NCBI RefSeq assembly: GCF_006345805.1
Contig: NC_043004.1
Coordinates: 104,346,001-104,410,000, forward strand
DNA: 64,000 bases
Origin: Octopus sinensis
Lineage: Eukaryota
Reading direction: 5' to 3'
The position numbers and the translations under genes are program-made. Each line of letters opens with the position of its first letter. Within the stretch, counting starts at the first letter, position 1. Under the pieces are notes generated by a model. It saw only the letters and a program-made list of their open reading frames with translations. It did no database searches and was not told the origin of the DNA. Positions 40,085-52,269 of the stretch are shown piece by piece.

Positions 40085-40517
40085 CTACTGTGCTTACCTT
40101 GGATTGTAGGGCAACCGGCTGTGCTTGAGGAGACCTATTGAGTCAAGTACATCAACATCAAAATACAAATCAAATGGAAATTGTAGTTGTGATACCCATA
40201 CCGGTGGCACGTAAAAAGCACCATCTGAATGTGGCTGATGCCAGTGCCGCCTTGACTGGCTTCCGTGCTGATGGCACGTAAAAAGCACCAACTGATCGTG
40301 TCCATTGCCAGCCTCCCCTGGCACCTGTGCCGGTGGAACGTAAAAAGCACCCACTACACACATGGAGTGGTTGGCGTTAGGAAGGGCATATAGCTGTAGA
40401 AACACTGCCAGATCAGACTCCAGTCTGGTGCTGCCTCCTGGCTTCCCAGATCCCGGTCAAACCATCCAACCCATGCTAGCATGGAAAACAGACGTTAAAC
40501 GATGATGATGATGATGT
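40085..40517 (+). mobile_element. RTE-LINE 3' UTR fragment with three gcacgtaaaaagcacc units and (GAT)n tail
   Basis: Homologous to 61221-61600 (reverse) and 27120-27440. Confidence 0.9.
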
Positions 40518-40939
40518 AGTTTTTGTGTAATCTTCTACTGACACACTGGAGAATTTGAACTCAAAACTACAAGCTAATGAAAGACTTAATAATTATACTC
40601 TGTATTCACTGTGAGATGTTGTTGTTGTTATTCAGCTCTAGTCAAGCATTCATGCTGTGACCAAACTGTCTTTTGTTTTCAGGCACAGTGTATGTAGGAC
40701 CACATAATCCTATGTCTTTCCCTTTTTAAGATAGAAGGATGTGGTTTGAGGAAGAAGAGCTGGCTGTTATTTCTTGCAGGTTCAAATGGCTGTGTAGAAC
40801 CTCTGTCGTTGTGCCTACAAGTGGTACCTGTTTATGAGCAGAAGCAACAAAGCCAGCAGAAAAAAAAAATAGTGGTTTTGCAATAATCATAAAAAAGCAT
40901 CAATGATAGGATGTGAACTGTTGTCTCTTTGACTGGCAG

Positions 40940-41036
40940 GTCGACAATGTACACAGTCAGCAATGGTTCTCTGCAAACATACCTGCGTTCCAAAAGTACC
41001 AACATTTCCAAAAACTACCCAGCCATGATAGTTCGG
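40940..41036 (+). CDS. Internal coding exon, 97 nt; VDNVHSQQWFSANIPAFQKYQHFQKLPSHDSS in phase 0 (an alternative phase-2 frame is also open)
   Basis: Acceptor gttgtctctttgactggcag, donor CGG|gtaaat, CpGs retained inside a CpG-poor region. Reading frame not certain. Confidence 0.6.
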
Positions 41037-41812
41037 GTAAATTGGATGGGAGAAGAAACAAAATCCAATGTTGTGAGAAATTAGTTTGTGTGTGTATTCC
41101 ACAGAGATGACAGATACATTCCATTTTGCACACAGTAAAATATTCCTTGAACATTAGATAGCTCTATCACCCAAGAAGGAAATAAAAAGATTGCTTGAGA
41201 AAATAAATTCTCGCATGGCCAATGAGTCTGACAGTATTTCTGCTTGATATCTAATGAAATTACAGGACAAATTGTCTCTTAGCTAGACGTTGATCTTCAG
41301 ACCATATTTCTCCGTCTGATGGCTGGAAACTAGCAATAATCTATCAGTGGGAGACGAGCGAAACTAGATAAATACAAAGATAAAAAATTATAGACAAATA
41401 TTGCTGACAGCTGTGGTTTTTAAGAATATTGGTATGACTAATCTACAGCGATATTATATAGTGTGTTTATATGCATTCTTGGTCAACTGATAGCCATTGT
41501 TGATTCAGTAAAATGGCGATTCTGTGAGACATCTTCATGGTCAGTCTGGCATAATCAATGAATCATAAAGAGCAGATAGATTCCAATGTTTCTTGGAATT
41601 CTTCAAAGCATTTGGTAAAGTTAACCATCAGAAACTATGTCTGAAAGTGAAGAGGTATGGAATTTGGATTGACTTCATTCTATCAAACTGTGGACAAAAT
41701 GCTATTATTTGAGGACATGTTAGCAAACTGCATTATATTTTATAGTCTGAGGCAGGAGTCCCCCACCACCAAGCCATGGACTATTTCGTACCGGACCACA
41801 CAGAAAGAACAA

Positions 41813-43325
41813 TTACTCTTTTACTCTTTTTCTTTTTACTTGTTTCAGTCATTTGACTGTGGCCATGCTGGAGCACTGCCTTTAAATTTTATTTCTATTT
41901 TATTGACTATTGCAGTTTGCAGGATGATTTTACATTATATATATCTTTTATCTTTTGCTTTTAAGCCTTTTTCAGTCATGTGACTACAGCCATGCTGGAG
42001 CACCATCTTGAAGGGTTTTTGTCAAACAAATCTACCCTAGAACTTACTTTTTAAACCTGGTACTTATTCTTTCAGTCTCTTTTGCTGTTTACAAGGACAT
42101 AAGCACACCAACACCTGTTGTTAAGCGGTGCTGAGAGACAAAGACAGACACATACATGCTTATATATTGGATTGTTCCATAAATAATGCGGAAAATTTTA
42201 GGAAAATAAAAATAAGAAAAAAGTGGAAATTTTATCGGTGAGTGTGTTAGATTATAAGGCACAAAAAGAAAATGACTCTCCCCAGACACAAGATAAACAA
42301 AGTTCTTTTTTAATCTAAAATATGCTCTCCTTCATTTTCTACAATGCTCTTCCATCTATCTGGTAGACTTGCAAGGCCCCTCTTCCAAAATTTGCTTGTC
42401 TGTGACGAAAAATACTCCTCCAGTATTGTTCTGACCTCGTCTGCAGAATTCATATTTTTTTTCCATCCAAATAATTTTGAAGACTGCAGAATAAATGATA
42501 ATCAGATGGGGCAATGTCTGGGTGGAGCATCGTTTCCCATTCAAGCTCCTCCAGCCATTGGAATGTCATCCCTGCTGTATGTAGCTGAGCATTATCCTGA
42601 TGGAAGAACACCTTTTGTCTTGAAACCAAAGATGGTCATTTTACTTCTAGCACTGACTTGAAAAACTGGTTGAAGGACCAAATCCAAGCTTCTCTGCTAG
42701 TTCCTCAACAGTTATGATGAGATTTTGTTCCACCAAGGTTTGCAGAATGTCCTCATTGATCTCTACAGATCAACCCAGGATGAGGCTCGTCTTCTAAGCT
42801 GTAGTTTCCAGCTCGGAATTTCTGGAACCACTGTTGACACTAACTTACACTTATTGTCTGATCCCCGTATACTGCATTAATATCCCTCACACTTTCCATT
42901 GCGATGTTGCCGTTATTGAATTCATAAAGCAAAATATACTGAATATGCTTCCTTGTCATTTCCGTTATAGCTTTGAGATAATAATTGTTAAAATCAAACT
43001 GCACTCTTCAAAACTTACACTAAGAATAAGGACAAGGTAAAATTACTCCCTGCTTTTATAACAAGTTGATGCAGGTAGTTTATCCCGTCCCCCTCTCCAA
43101 CTTTTAGTTCATGCAATTGATAAAACCACATTATTTATGGGATGACCCAATACGTATATACACGACAGGCTTCTTTCAGTTTCTGTCTACCAAATCCACT
43201 TACAAGGCTTTGGTTAGCCTGAGGCTATAATAGAAGATACTTGCCCAAGGTGCCATACAGTGGGACTGAATGTAGAATCATGTGGTTGGGAAGAAAGCTT
43301 CTTACTACACAAGCATGCTTGTGCT
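41813..43325 (-). mobile_element. SINE family A split by a mariner (tail 41813-42164, head 43153-43325)
   Basis: The two halves are collinear across the TA insertion site. Confidence 0.85.
42167..43150 (-). mobile_element. Mariner transposon, internally deleted
   Basis: TA-flanked TIRs ttggattgttccataaataatgcgg / ccacattatttatgggatgacccaa; QWFQKFRAGNYSLEDE fused to HQDNA...PDIAPSDYHLF. Confidence 0.9.
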
Positions 43326-43394
43326 TATAATATATATGTTTTATATATGAAGTAATTAAATTTATATTATGCACTTTATTGTGTTTTGTTATAA

Positions 43395-44355
43395 AATAAT
43401 AATAATAATAATAATTGTGTACAGTGCTCAGGTGCACTACAACTCATCTAAAGTGTATATATAATCAGGTGTAGTTTCGGCGGATTTCGGAAAGCATGAG
43501 GGCCTTAAAGGATGCAGTGTCATGGCAGTCAACAACTGACGCAGGCAGTTTATTCCATGCTTCAGCAACTCTGAGCGTGAAAAAATGTTTCCGAAAGTCA
43601 TGGGAGCTGTGTTGTTTTCTGACTTTGTAGGCATGTCCACGTGTGTTAGACACATGGAGATCAAAAAGGTGTTCAGTGTTGTTGTTGGTGAGGTGGTTGA
43701 TAACTTTGTGGGTGTTCACTAAGTCCGTCGCCAGACGCCGGAGCTTCAGTGAATCCATGCCCAGGGAAACAAGGCGCTCAGAATATGGTAGGTATCTGAT
43801 GGAGGGTATGCGTTTGGTTGCACGTCTCTGGACAGATTCCAGGAGGTCAATGTTCTGAGCAAGATAGGGGTTCCAAACTGATGATGCGAATTCCAAGTGT
43901 GGTCGTACCATAGCTGTATACAGTTTTAAATAGATGGCTGGAGAGCGGCTAACAAAAGTCTTGCTGAGTGATGCCAAGACACCCTCAGCCTTCTTGACAA
44001 TTTTAGAGATATGCTTTGTCCAACGCAAATCACTGCTGACAGTGATGCCTAGGTCACGCTCGCAAGAGGATTTCTTGATATCAGTGTTGTGGAGGGAGTA
44101 TGTGGACGCAGGGTTTTTTCTCCCAAAATGTCCACAGCCAGTTTCAGTTGCCAGTCTGTGATCCATTGCTGCATTGTCTGATTGCAGGAAAAAGTTGTGG
44201 ACATCAGGATCTGTCCTCTTGATTTCAAGGTACAGCTTGATGTCGTCTGCATATTTCAATACTGTGGCATTCTTTAAATTGGCATCTATGTCTTTAATGT
44301 ATGCCACAAACAAGAGGGGACCAAGGACAGATCCCTGTGGTACACCCGATGACAT
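43395..44355 (-). mobile_element. 5'-truncated CR1/L2-group LINE (RT C-terminal half, 3' UTR, (ATT)n tail)
   Basis: SGVPQGSVLGPLLF, KYADDIKLY, ERDLGI, VRPHLEFASSVWNP, LESVQRRATK, FFTLRVAEAWNKLP in ORF 43465-44409. Confidence 0.95.
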
Positions 44356-44914
44356 ATGTGTGTGATCCTTTGGTCTTTGAAAAAACTGTTTTGCTTGGAA
44401 CCAGTCCATGGCGCAAAAAAGTTTGAGAACTCCTGGTCTAAGGAACCACTATTCAACTTCACATTTTTACTGTGCCTGAATAACATATGTAAATCCATTA
44501 CTTCTACTTTTGGTCTCTTTTTAATCTTTTGCTCTCAGAATAATTCTAAAAGATTATTCAAGGTTATAAGAATACCTCAGTCATTTTTTTTTATATTGAT
44601 TAAAAAAAAAAAAAAAAAAGCTAATGGAGTTTTAAAACTGAGACAAATGTCAAACGTTGAGTCCAGTCACCAAAGATGAATCAATTTGCACAGCAGTATT
44701 TGTATTTTGTATTCCTCTCCTGTTTCAAAAATGTTTACTAAGCAATATACTTTGGTATCCATCCACTCTCCATTCCAGTCTTAGCTGGAAGCTTCACATT
44801 ATCTGGATCACCAAGAGAGATATAAAAACTGTGTGCAAAGTTACCTACAGAGAATTCTCGTTGAGTGCTCCAGCTACAGCTAATCAACTCTTACAAAGCC
44901 ATAAAATATATTTT

Positions 44915-45138
44915 TGATCAGTAGATTAATATACATACATGTACGCATACATGCATACATACATACAAACACGCATGCATACATACATACATACATACAT
45001 ACAAACACGCATACATACATACATACATACATACGTACATACGTACGTGCGTGCCTGCGTACGTATGTACATACATACATACATACATGCATGCATACAT
45101 ACACACATACATACATACACACATACATACATATATAC

Positions 45139-45176
<38 letters not shown>

Positions 45177-45410
45177 TCACTGATACATACATACATACAT
45201 ACATACACATACACACATACATACACACATGCATACACACATACCGCATACATACATACATACATACATACATACATACACACACACACATACATACATA
45301 CATACATACAGTCTCCCTGTATCTCTCCTCTCCCTCCCTCCCTCCCTCCTTTCTCTCCCCCCTCTCTCTCTTTATATATATACAAGTACACATGTATGCA
45401 CACACACACA

Positions 45411-45441
<31 letters not shown>

Positions 45442-45751
45442 TACCATAGATGTAACAGTTAAGTTGAGGGTGGTAATTCTTGGGTTTACACTTTTGAACA
45501 AATGCAAAGAAACTCAGCCTAGTTTAGTTTGCATTTTCCAATATTCAATAATGGAGGGCTTGGTTCCTCCTGAACCCTTGAAAAATCATGTTCGAATCGC
45601 ATAAGGTCTTATAAGTGTATAATCATTTAAATATAAACAGGTTGTTCATAAATCAGCATATAATGAGAATATAAATTATATATATGTGCGTGCGTATGAA
45701 TGTCCGTTTACATACTCCCACACCTGTACCTCTATGTGTGTGTAGGCGTGA

Positions 45752-45796
<45 letters not shown>

Positions 45797-45924
45797 TACA
45801 TACATATGTATGTATATATATATATATACACACACACACATACACATATATACACATATATATATATACATACATATATATATATATAATATATATATAT
45901 ATATACACATACATACATATGTAC

Positions 45925-45967
<43 letters not shown>

Positions 45968-46077
45968 CACATATACATATATGCATACATATATATATAT
46001 ACAGAGAGAGAGAGAGAGAGAGAAAGAAAGGAACTGTCGCATCATATATGTACATACATACATACATACAGACATAC

Positions 46078-46110
<33 letters not shown>

Positions 46111-46752
46111 CATACATATATATGTGTGTGTGTGTGTACATATGCATATCTATATGTGCTTGTAGAGGCACACATGTGTATGTGTATGCACGCACACATA
46201 CATACACACAAAAAGCAATATATGTATGTGAGTGTGAGAAAGAGAGAGAGAGAGAGAGGGAGACTCAATATATATGGCTGTCCTCTGAAGATCTAACGTG
46301 ATTGTTGTGTTTGATCTGGTTCTTTTATCTAAATCACTGAATATGTTCTATGGCTGTTTAACACATATTGATCTAATGTATTGGTCTCTATTGAACTGCG
46401 TTAGGATGGCGGAGGGGATAATTTAAACTGATACACACACACACACACACACACACAACCGTACTTACTAGTATATATCTTAACATATCTAACATACACT
46501 GACATACTGACATATATTCACACACTTGTAATATCTACACATACATATGCACATATACATACATGTATACCTACATCATATATATGTGTGCGTGTGTGTG
46601 TGTGTGTGTGTGTACCCATATATCCTCTGTCACTGGTACTGTCATACATAAACATACACAAATTACCAATACATAAACACACTTCAACACCTATGTTCAC
46701 AAATATATACATGTGTGACTAGTAGTTTATATATACTAACACACACAGCATA

Positions 46753-46800
<48 letters not shown>

Positions 46801-47110
46801 CCTCTCTCACTTTCTCTCTCTCTCTTGCTCTCCACACACACATGCACACACATCACATCACACATGCATACGCATCACACACATCACATCACACATGCAT
46901 ACGCATCACACACATCACATCACACATGCACACACATCACATCACACATGCATACGCATCACACACACACATACTTACCCACCCGCAAATATACTTGCAT
47001 TCAAATATATTGGAATACATACACATACCTATACACTACTAAAAAAATGCGACTTTTATATGCAATGTCACACACATGCACGCACATACATACACACACA
47101 TACATATGGA
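44915..47110. repeat. Large compound microsatellite block (CATA, CA, TA, GA, CT) with a derived ~31-bp cacacatgcatacgcatcacacacatcacat minisatellite at 46835-46970
   Basis: Direct reading; source of most long spurious ORFs in the track. Confidence 0.95.
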
Positions 47111-47769
47111 CTAACACAAGTATACACTCAGATATAGATATGCACACCTTGGAAAACAACCACACGCCCACCTTATATACGGTTATAAGAATGTGCTTAA
47201 AAGCCAAAATGTTATGTGAAATCTATGAGCCATGTTATTCAGTTTGAGAATGGATATTTGACAAAGCTTCAGAGGTCTTGTTAGAGATGTGGAATGGTAG
47301 AATTGGTGTGCTTTGATCAAAGGACAATATTGATGAGGCCAGAATCTATCGAACTCTAGATACTCTATGACACTGGTATGTTCTGCAGTCACAAGCAGCA
47401 TCATGGAAACCAATACTTTTACTAATGTGGTTTATTGATTTTTATTTGTTTTTTAATAAGGCAACTAAATGTTGTAGTTGCTGTTGTTGTTATTGTTGTT
47501 GTTAGTCTTTAACTGCGTCAGTCAATTTAACATTTAAAACATCCCATAAAATCTGTACCTTGATTCAGTTCGGTCTGGGACAAAGTGTCGGACAAAAATA
47601 ATTAAAAAAAAAAATGCTGGATGCAGGAATGGTTGTGTGTTTAAGAAGCTCACTTTGGAACCATGTGATTTGGGGTTCAACCTCACTGTGTGGTACCTTG
47701 TTTGTTAGAAACCTGTCATGTACACACACACACACTACACTTTGATCTTAGTCAAAAGGCCAAGAAGTG

Positions 47770-48220
47770 ATATATCATTATCATCATCATCATCATTATT
47801 TTAAATCTGTTTTCCGTGCTGGTTTGGGTTGGATGGTTTCACAGGTGCTGGCAAGGCCGGAGAGCTGCACCAGGCTCCAATTGTCTGTTTTGGCATGGTT
47901 TCTATGGCTGGAAGCCTTTCTGCCACATAAAAGCACTGCCCGTGCAGCAACATGTAAAATCGCCCATGTGACAACAAATAAAAGTGCCCATGCGGCAACA
48001 TATAACAGCACCCATGCGGCATCACTTGCAAGTGTCCGTGTGATGCCACGTAAAAACATCCAGCACACTCTGTAAAGTGGTTGGCATCAGGAAGGGCATC
48101 CAGCCATAGGAATCATGCCAAATCAGACTGGAGTCTAGTGCAGCTCCCCAGCTTACCAGTTCTGATCACAACGTCCAACCCATGCCAGCATGGACAACAG
48201 ACATTAAATCATGATGATGA
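47770..48220. mobile_element. Two oppositely oriented RTE 3' ends separated by a 24-bp x5 array (47938-48060)
   Basis: Minus copy 47770-47920 with (CAT)n, plus copy 48040-48220 with (GAT)n; array units start at 47938, 47962, 47986, 48010 and 48034. Confidence 0.8.
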
Positions 48221-48224
48221 GACA

Positions 48225-48298
<74 letters not shown>

Positions 48299-48317
48299 TC
48301 TCTCTCTCTATATATAT

Positions 48318-48351
<34 letters not shown>

Positions 48352-50087
48352 TCCAGTGTGTGTCCATACTTGACAACTGGGGTTGATTTGTTTGACAAAA
48401 CACTTCAAAATAGTGCCCCAGCATGGCCACAGTCCAATGACTGAAACAAGTAAAAGATAAAAGTTAGAGGTAAAAAATAGTATAAAAGGATGTTTACTAA
48501 CCAGTGCTCAACTCTGGTTTCTTGACGTTATATGAACAGAATGGCAGGTGATGTTCTAAGATTATCACCTAAATACTTCCCAAATACTCAGTGAAATCCT
48601 TACATTGTGATTTTAAGCTCAAAGCCTTCCAGTTGTTATGATATGCACTCAGTCACTTCATTTCTGTACCAGAGTACATTGCATTGGCATATGGCACTTG
48701 GTAAATGTTTGGTGATTTAGAACAGTGTTTTTCATAGACAAGCAGAGATGCTTTAGGAATTGTAAAGTGAGCTGATTAATTGCTATGTTTAATAAAATTG
48801 TGATGGCTTCAGACTTCTAAATTTGTCCAAGACCATGGCAAAGAGAGAAGGATTTTATGGATGCAAACTCTGTCTTGTCTTTTCATTCATAAAGAGAGGA
48901 GCAAGAAAAAACAATTTCACTGCTATTATTGTTGTTGTTGTCATTTGGAGAAGGGTGATCTAGTATTTGTCACTTCGAAACCACTGGTTTTCAAAGGAGA
49001 TCTTGTATCTTTAGCTGTTAGTCAAGCCAAGAGTTGTTTAGCTCCGGTTTTGTTCTGGTCTTGTAGGCCAAAATTCATATTGTTCCAGACATGACCTTAT
49101 TTCACCTTATTTTCAGACAGCTTATCGAAAATGACATTATGCAATATTTCCTTTACAAAGGAGACGGTATGATTTAAGGGGAATTTGGCTCTTATTTTAA
49201 GTAGGTCCAACATCCTTGTAGAAGCTCCCTTGTCGATGCATTTATCTATATGGGTGATAAGTGAGGAAGAATAAATTGAGTAAATTAATGGCTACATAGA
49301 ACAGTTGGTTAAGAAACTTGGTCTTAACTTCATAACTTCAAGGTTAATGACGCAGTTGGAATGGGAATTCACTGTCTGAGAATCAGGAATCTCTTTTCAC
49401 TCTTTACATTTCAAGATTTCTTAATTAATCGTGAATTTTAGGTAATTAGATTTAACTGTGGACACTGTGATAATAAAGATTGGTAAAACAGAATATATTG
49501 CTTTCCTGTCTAAATGATGTCTAGTGTGATCACTGCTGTGGAGCCAAAGCCATGTTCTTAGCGCTGGTCACATACAACAGACACTTTCATTTCCCAACTG
49601 AAAGCAGATTACATCAATTATAGCATTAATGCTGTTGCAGAGGATATTAATGTCTCATAATCTCAGTTCTCCTCTTCTCGTAAATTTGTGATTTGTGTGC
49701 CTTTTGTAAGATATTACTTTATTTACTCGTGTATAGTTTGGATTGAAGAAAAAGAAGTCTTTACAATTATCTTTTGTTATTTGAACCCCTCTCATTTGAA
49801 ATTTTGAAATTATATAGAATTTTCAGTTGAATAGAGACAAAATAAGTTGTGAGGGTAATTTACTCGACAAGGAATTGTATGGTCATAAGTTCAATTTCTA
49901 TTATAGCTGTTGTGGCTTTTCTAAGATTCCTAACTTATATTAGAACTGAATGGCTATTTTTAAAAAAAAAAGGCTATTCAAATGAGCCAACAAGGGTGCT
50001 GCTTAAATGGTTTTTCAACAGGCTAGAAATAACAGTTATATCCTCCTTGAACAATAACCTCACCATCATAAAAACTAGACAAAAAGC

Positions 50088-50249
50088 ATAGGCACAGGTA
50101 TGTCTGTGTGGTTAAGAAGCTCACTTTGCAACCACAGTTTCAGGTTCAGTCCCACTCCACAGTACACTGGACAAAGTTGACCCTGAACCAACCAATGTCT
50201 GGTGAGTGAATTTCGTAGGCAGAAACTCTGTAGAAGCCCTTCATATGTA

Positions 50250-50285
<36 letters not shown>

Positions 50286-50321
50286 GTATGTATGTATGTA
50301 ATGTATGTATGTATGGATGGA

Positions 50322-50357
<36 letters not shown>

Positions 50358-50592
50358 TAGTATGTATGTATGTATGTGTCTTTATGCCTGTGTTTGTCTC
50401 CACCACTGCTTGACAACTGGTGTTGTTTTGTTTATGTCCCTGTAACTTTGTAGTTCCGCAGTATAGGCCAATAAAATAAGTACCAAATTTCTTTTTTTAA
50501 AATGGCTAGGGTTGATTTGTTTGACTAAAACTTTTCAAGGCAGTACTCCAGCATGGCCACAGTCCAGTGACTGAAACAAATATAAAATAGAA
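50088..50592 (+). mobile_element. SINE family A, older copy
   Basis: Head, expanded TG/TATG/GAT array, tail. Confidence 0.85.
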
Positions 50593-50840
50593 GATATTCA
50601 ATAATGTTGTCCTAAATAACTGCAACAATCACCTACTCAAAGAATGTAACTGTCCTAGTTAATATGGAAAATGAATATTTAAAACCGTAATAAAAAAGAA
50701 AAAGAAGGAAAACTTTATTGTAAAAACCATGTCATATATTTTGAAATGTTCATATTTCTTTCTAATAATTATAATAGTTAGATGTCAGTGCAACAGACAG
50801 CTTTGAATGTTGAGGTTACGGTGTATAGCTTTCTGTTTAG

Positions 50841-50882
50841 TCATCATTCCAACAAGCTGTAATTGGGATGTAGTCGGAAGTG
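50841..50882 (+). CDS. Possible 42-nt symmetric (phase 1-1) exon; VIIPTSCNWDVVGS
   Basis: Acceptor gctttctgtttag, donor GTG|gtaaag; only the frame required by the gene model is open. Confidence 0.3.
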
Positions 50883-51156
50883 GTAAAGATAAAGTCTTAA
50901 TTGGCCGGAAGTGGAGGTCGAGATTGTCACAGCATGAAAGGTTTTCTATTAGATGAGGTGTTACTTTCTTCTACTTCACCTCCACTTTACATTAGCTTCA
51001 GTCTCTCTCTGCTTTCTTGCTCTCCCTCTCTCTCCTTTTCACTCTCTCTCTCTCTCTCTGTGACAAAGTCAACTCAAGTTGGCTATCTCTGAATTGTGAG
51101 TTTCTTTCTGTTTTAATTGGGTGGTCACTTTACAACTTCTGCATCTTGGCTTTATC

Positions 51157-51439
51157 ATCAGTGATGGACTGTCCGTTACTTCTTACTCTAATTTATATAT
51201 TTATATCTTCTATCTAGATAAAAATAATAAATGGTTCCAGGTTCAGTCCCATTATGTGGCACCTTGGGCAAGTATATTCTGCTACCAGGCTGATCAAAAC
51301 CTTGTGAATGGATTTGGGAAATGGAAACTAAAAGAAGCTTGTTATATGTATATATATAGAAAACCATTTATTATTTTTATCTAGATAGAAGATATAAATA
51401 TATAAATTAGAGTAAGAAGTAACACAGATCATCACTGAT
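51157..51439. repeat. Inverted repeat with 62-bp perfect arms (51175-51236, 51362-51423) around a SINE A fragment
   Basis: Arms checked base by base; looser pairing extends ~18 bp further. Confidence 0.95.
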
Positions 51440-51594
51440 ATGAAACAGGCGTAGTCTTTTTATAACTATTTAGTATTTATTGTACTTTATTGATTTAAAA
51501 TAAGGTGTGTTTTTTTATAGTATATGTTTTCTATATGGGGTGAATAACATCTTTCTTTAGTGAATTGCTTAATAGTGGATTTTCTCTAAATCAT

Positions 51595-51970
51595 TTATTC
51601 TTTTACTTGTTTCAGTCATCTGACTGCGGCCATGCTGGAGTACCACCTTTAGGCGAGCAAGTTGACCCCAGGAATTATTCTGTGCAAGCCTAGTACATAT
51701 TCTATCAGTCTCTTTTGCCAAACCGCTAAGTTACGGAGAAGTAAACACACCAGCATTGGTTATCAAGTGATGTTGGGGGACAAAAACAGACACACTCACA
51801 CACACACATACGACGGGCTTCTTTTAGTTCCCATCTACCAAATCCACTCACAAGTCTTTGGTCAGCCTGAGGCTATAGTGGAAGACACTTACCCAAGGTG
51901 CCATGCAGTGGGACTGAACCCAGAACCATATGGTTGGTAAGCAGGCTACTTACCACACAGCCACTCCCGT
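51595..51970 (-). mobile_element. SINE family A, full length
   Basis: Collinear with 13757-14173. Confidence 0.9.
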
Positions 51971-52089
51971 GTTTGTATATGTATATATATGTGTGTATGT
52001 GTATGCATATATATATATATAGTCAGTGTAGACCCAAAACACCCCAAACTATAGAGCAATAATGTACTTATATTCAGTTATGTCCAGTC

Positions 52090-52155
52090 ATACAGTGACC
52101 AATGGTTTCGCATCCATAAGGCACTTAGCCCTATGGATGACTCATCAGACCCTAT
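52090..52155 (-). ncRNA. Type I hammerhead ribozyme, intact core (predicted)
   Basis: CUGAUGA (52148-52142), G10.1-C11.1, 11-bp stem II, GAAA, stem III ACC-auu-GGU, GUC cleavage triplet (52099-52097), short imperfect stem I. Confidence 0.78.
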
Positions 52156-52205
52156 TGGCAGAGGGTATACATCTCTTCAAATTAGAGGCATATACCCTCC
52201 ACCAT

Positions 52206-52269
52206 CAGGGTCTGATGTGTCATCCATAAGGCTAAGCACCTTATGGATGTGAAACCATTGGTCACTTTG
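52206..52269 (+). ncRNA. Type I hammerhead ribozyme, core-mutated (A9U, C11.1U)
   Basis: cagggu-CUGAUGU-G-u-CAUCCAUAAGG-cuaagca-CCUUAUGGAUG-U-GAAA-CC-auu-GG-UC-acuuug. Confidence 0.7.

Larger units (their letters stand above)
41753..44435. mobile_element. hAT-Charlie (MER1-like) MITE expanded by nested insertions
   Basis: Ends caggagtcccc...ccatggac and gtccatgg...gtttgagaactcctg; 8-bp TSD gtctgagg (41745-41752) / gtctaagg (44436-44443). Confidence 0.88.
41480..44880 (+). mobile_element. Ancient LINE reverse-transcriptase remnant split by a hAT insertion (41480-41752 and 44436-44880)
   Basis: FLEFFKAFGKVNHQKL (FLDFSKAFD.V.H..L) on the left; FLLCLNNICKSITSTFGLF and SSLSWKLHI..ITK on the right. 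Confidence 0.65.

Noticed and set aside
40940-41036. Kinase-like look of the alternative frame (VSNGSLQTYLRS)
   Set aside because: Spacing does not fit the EY-x3-GSL hinge and no other kinase subdomain exons were found.
48672-49680. Additional + strand exon candidates (28 nt at ~48673; 39 nt at ~49641)
   Set aside because: Splice sites are plausible, but their phases do not fit the neighbouring exons without creating early stops.
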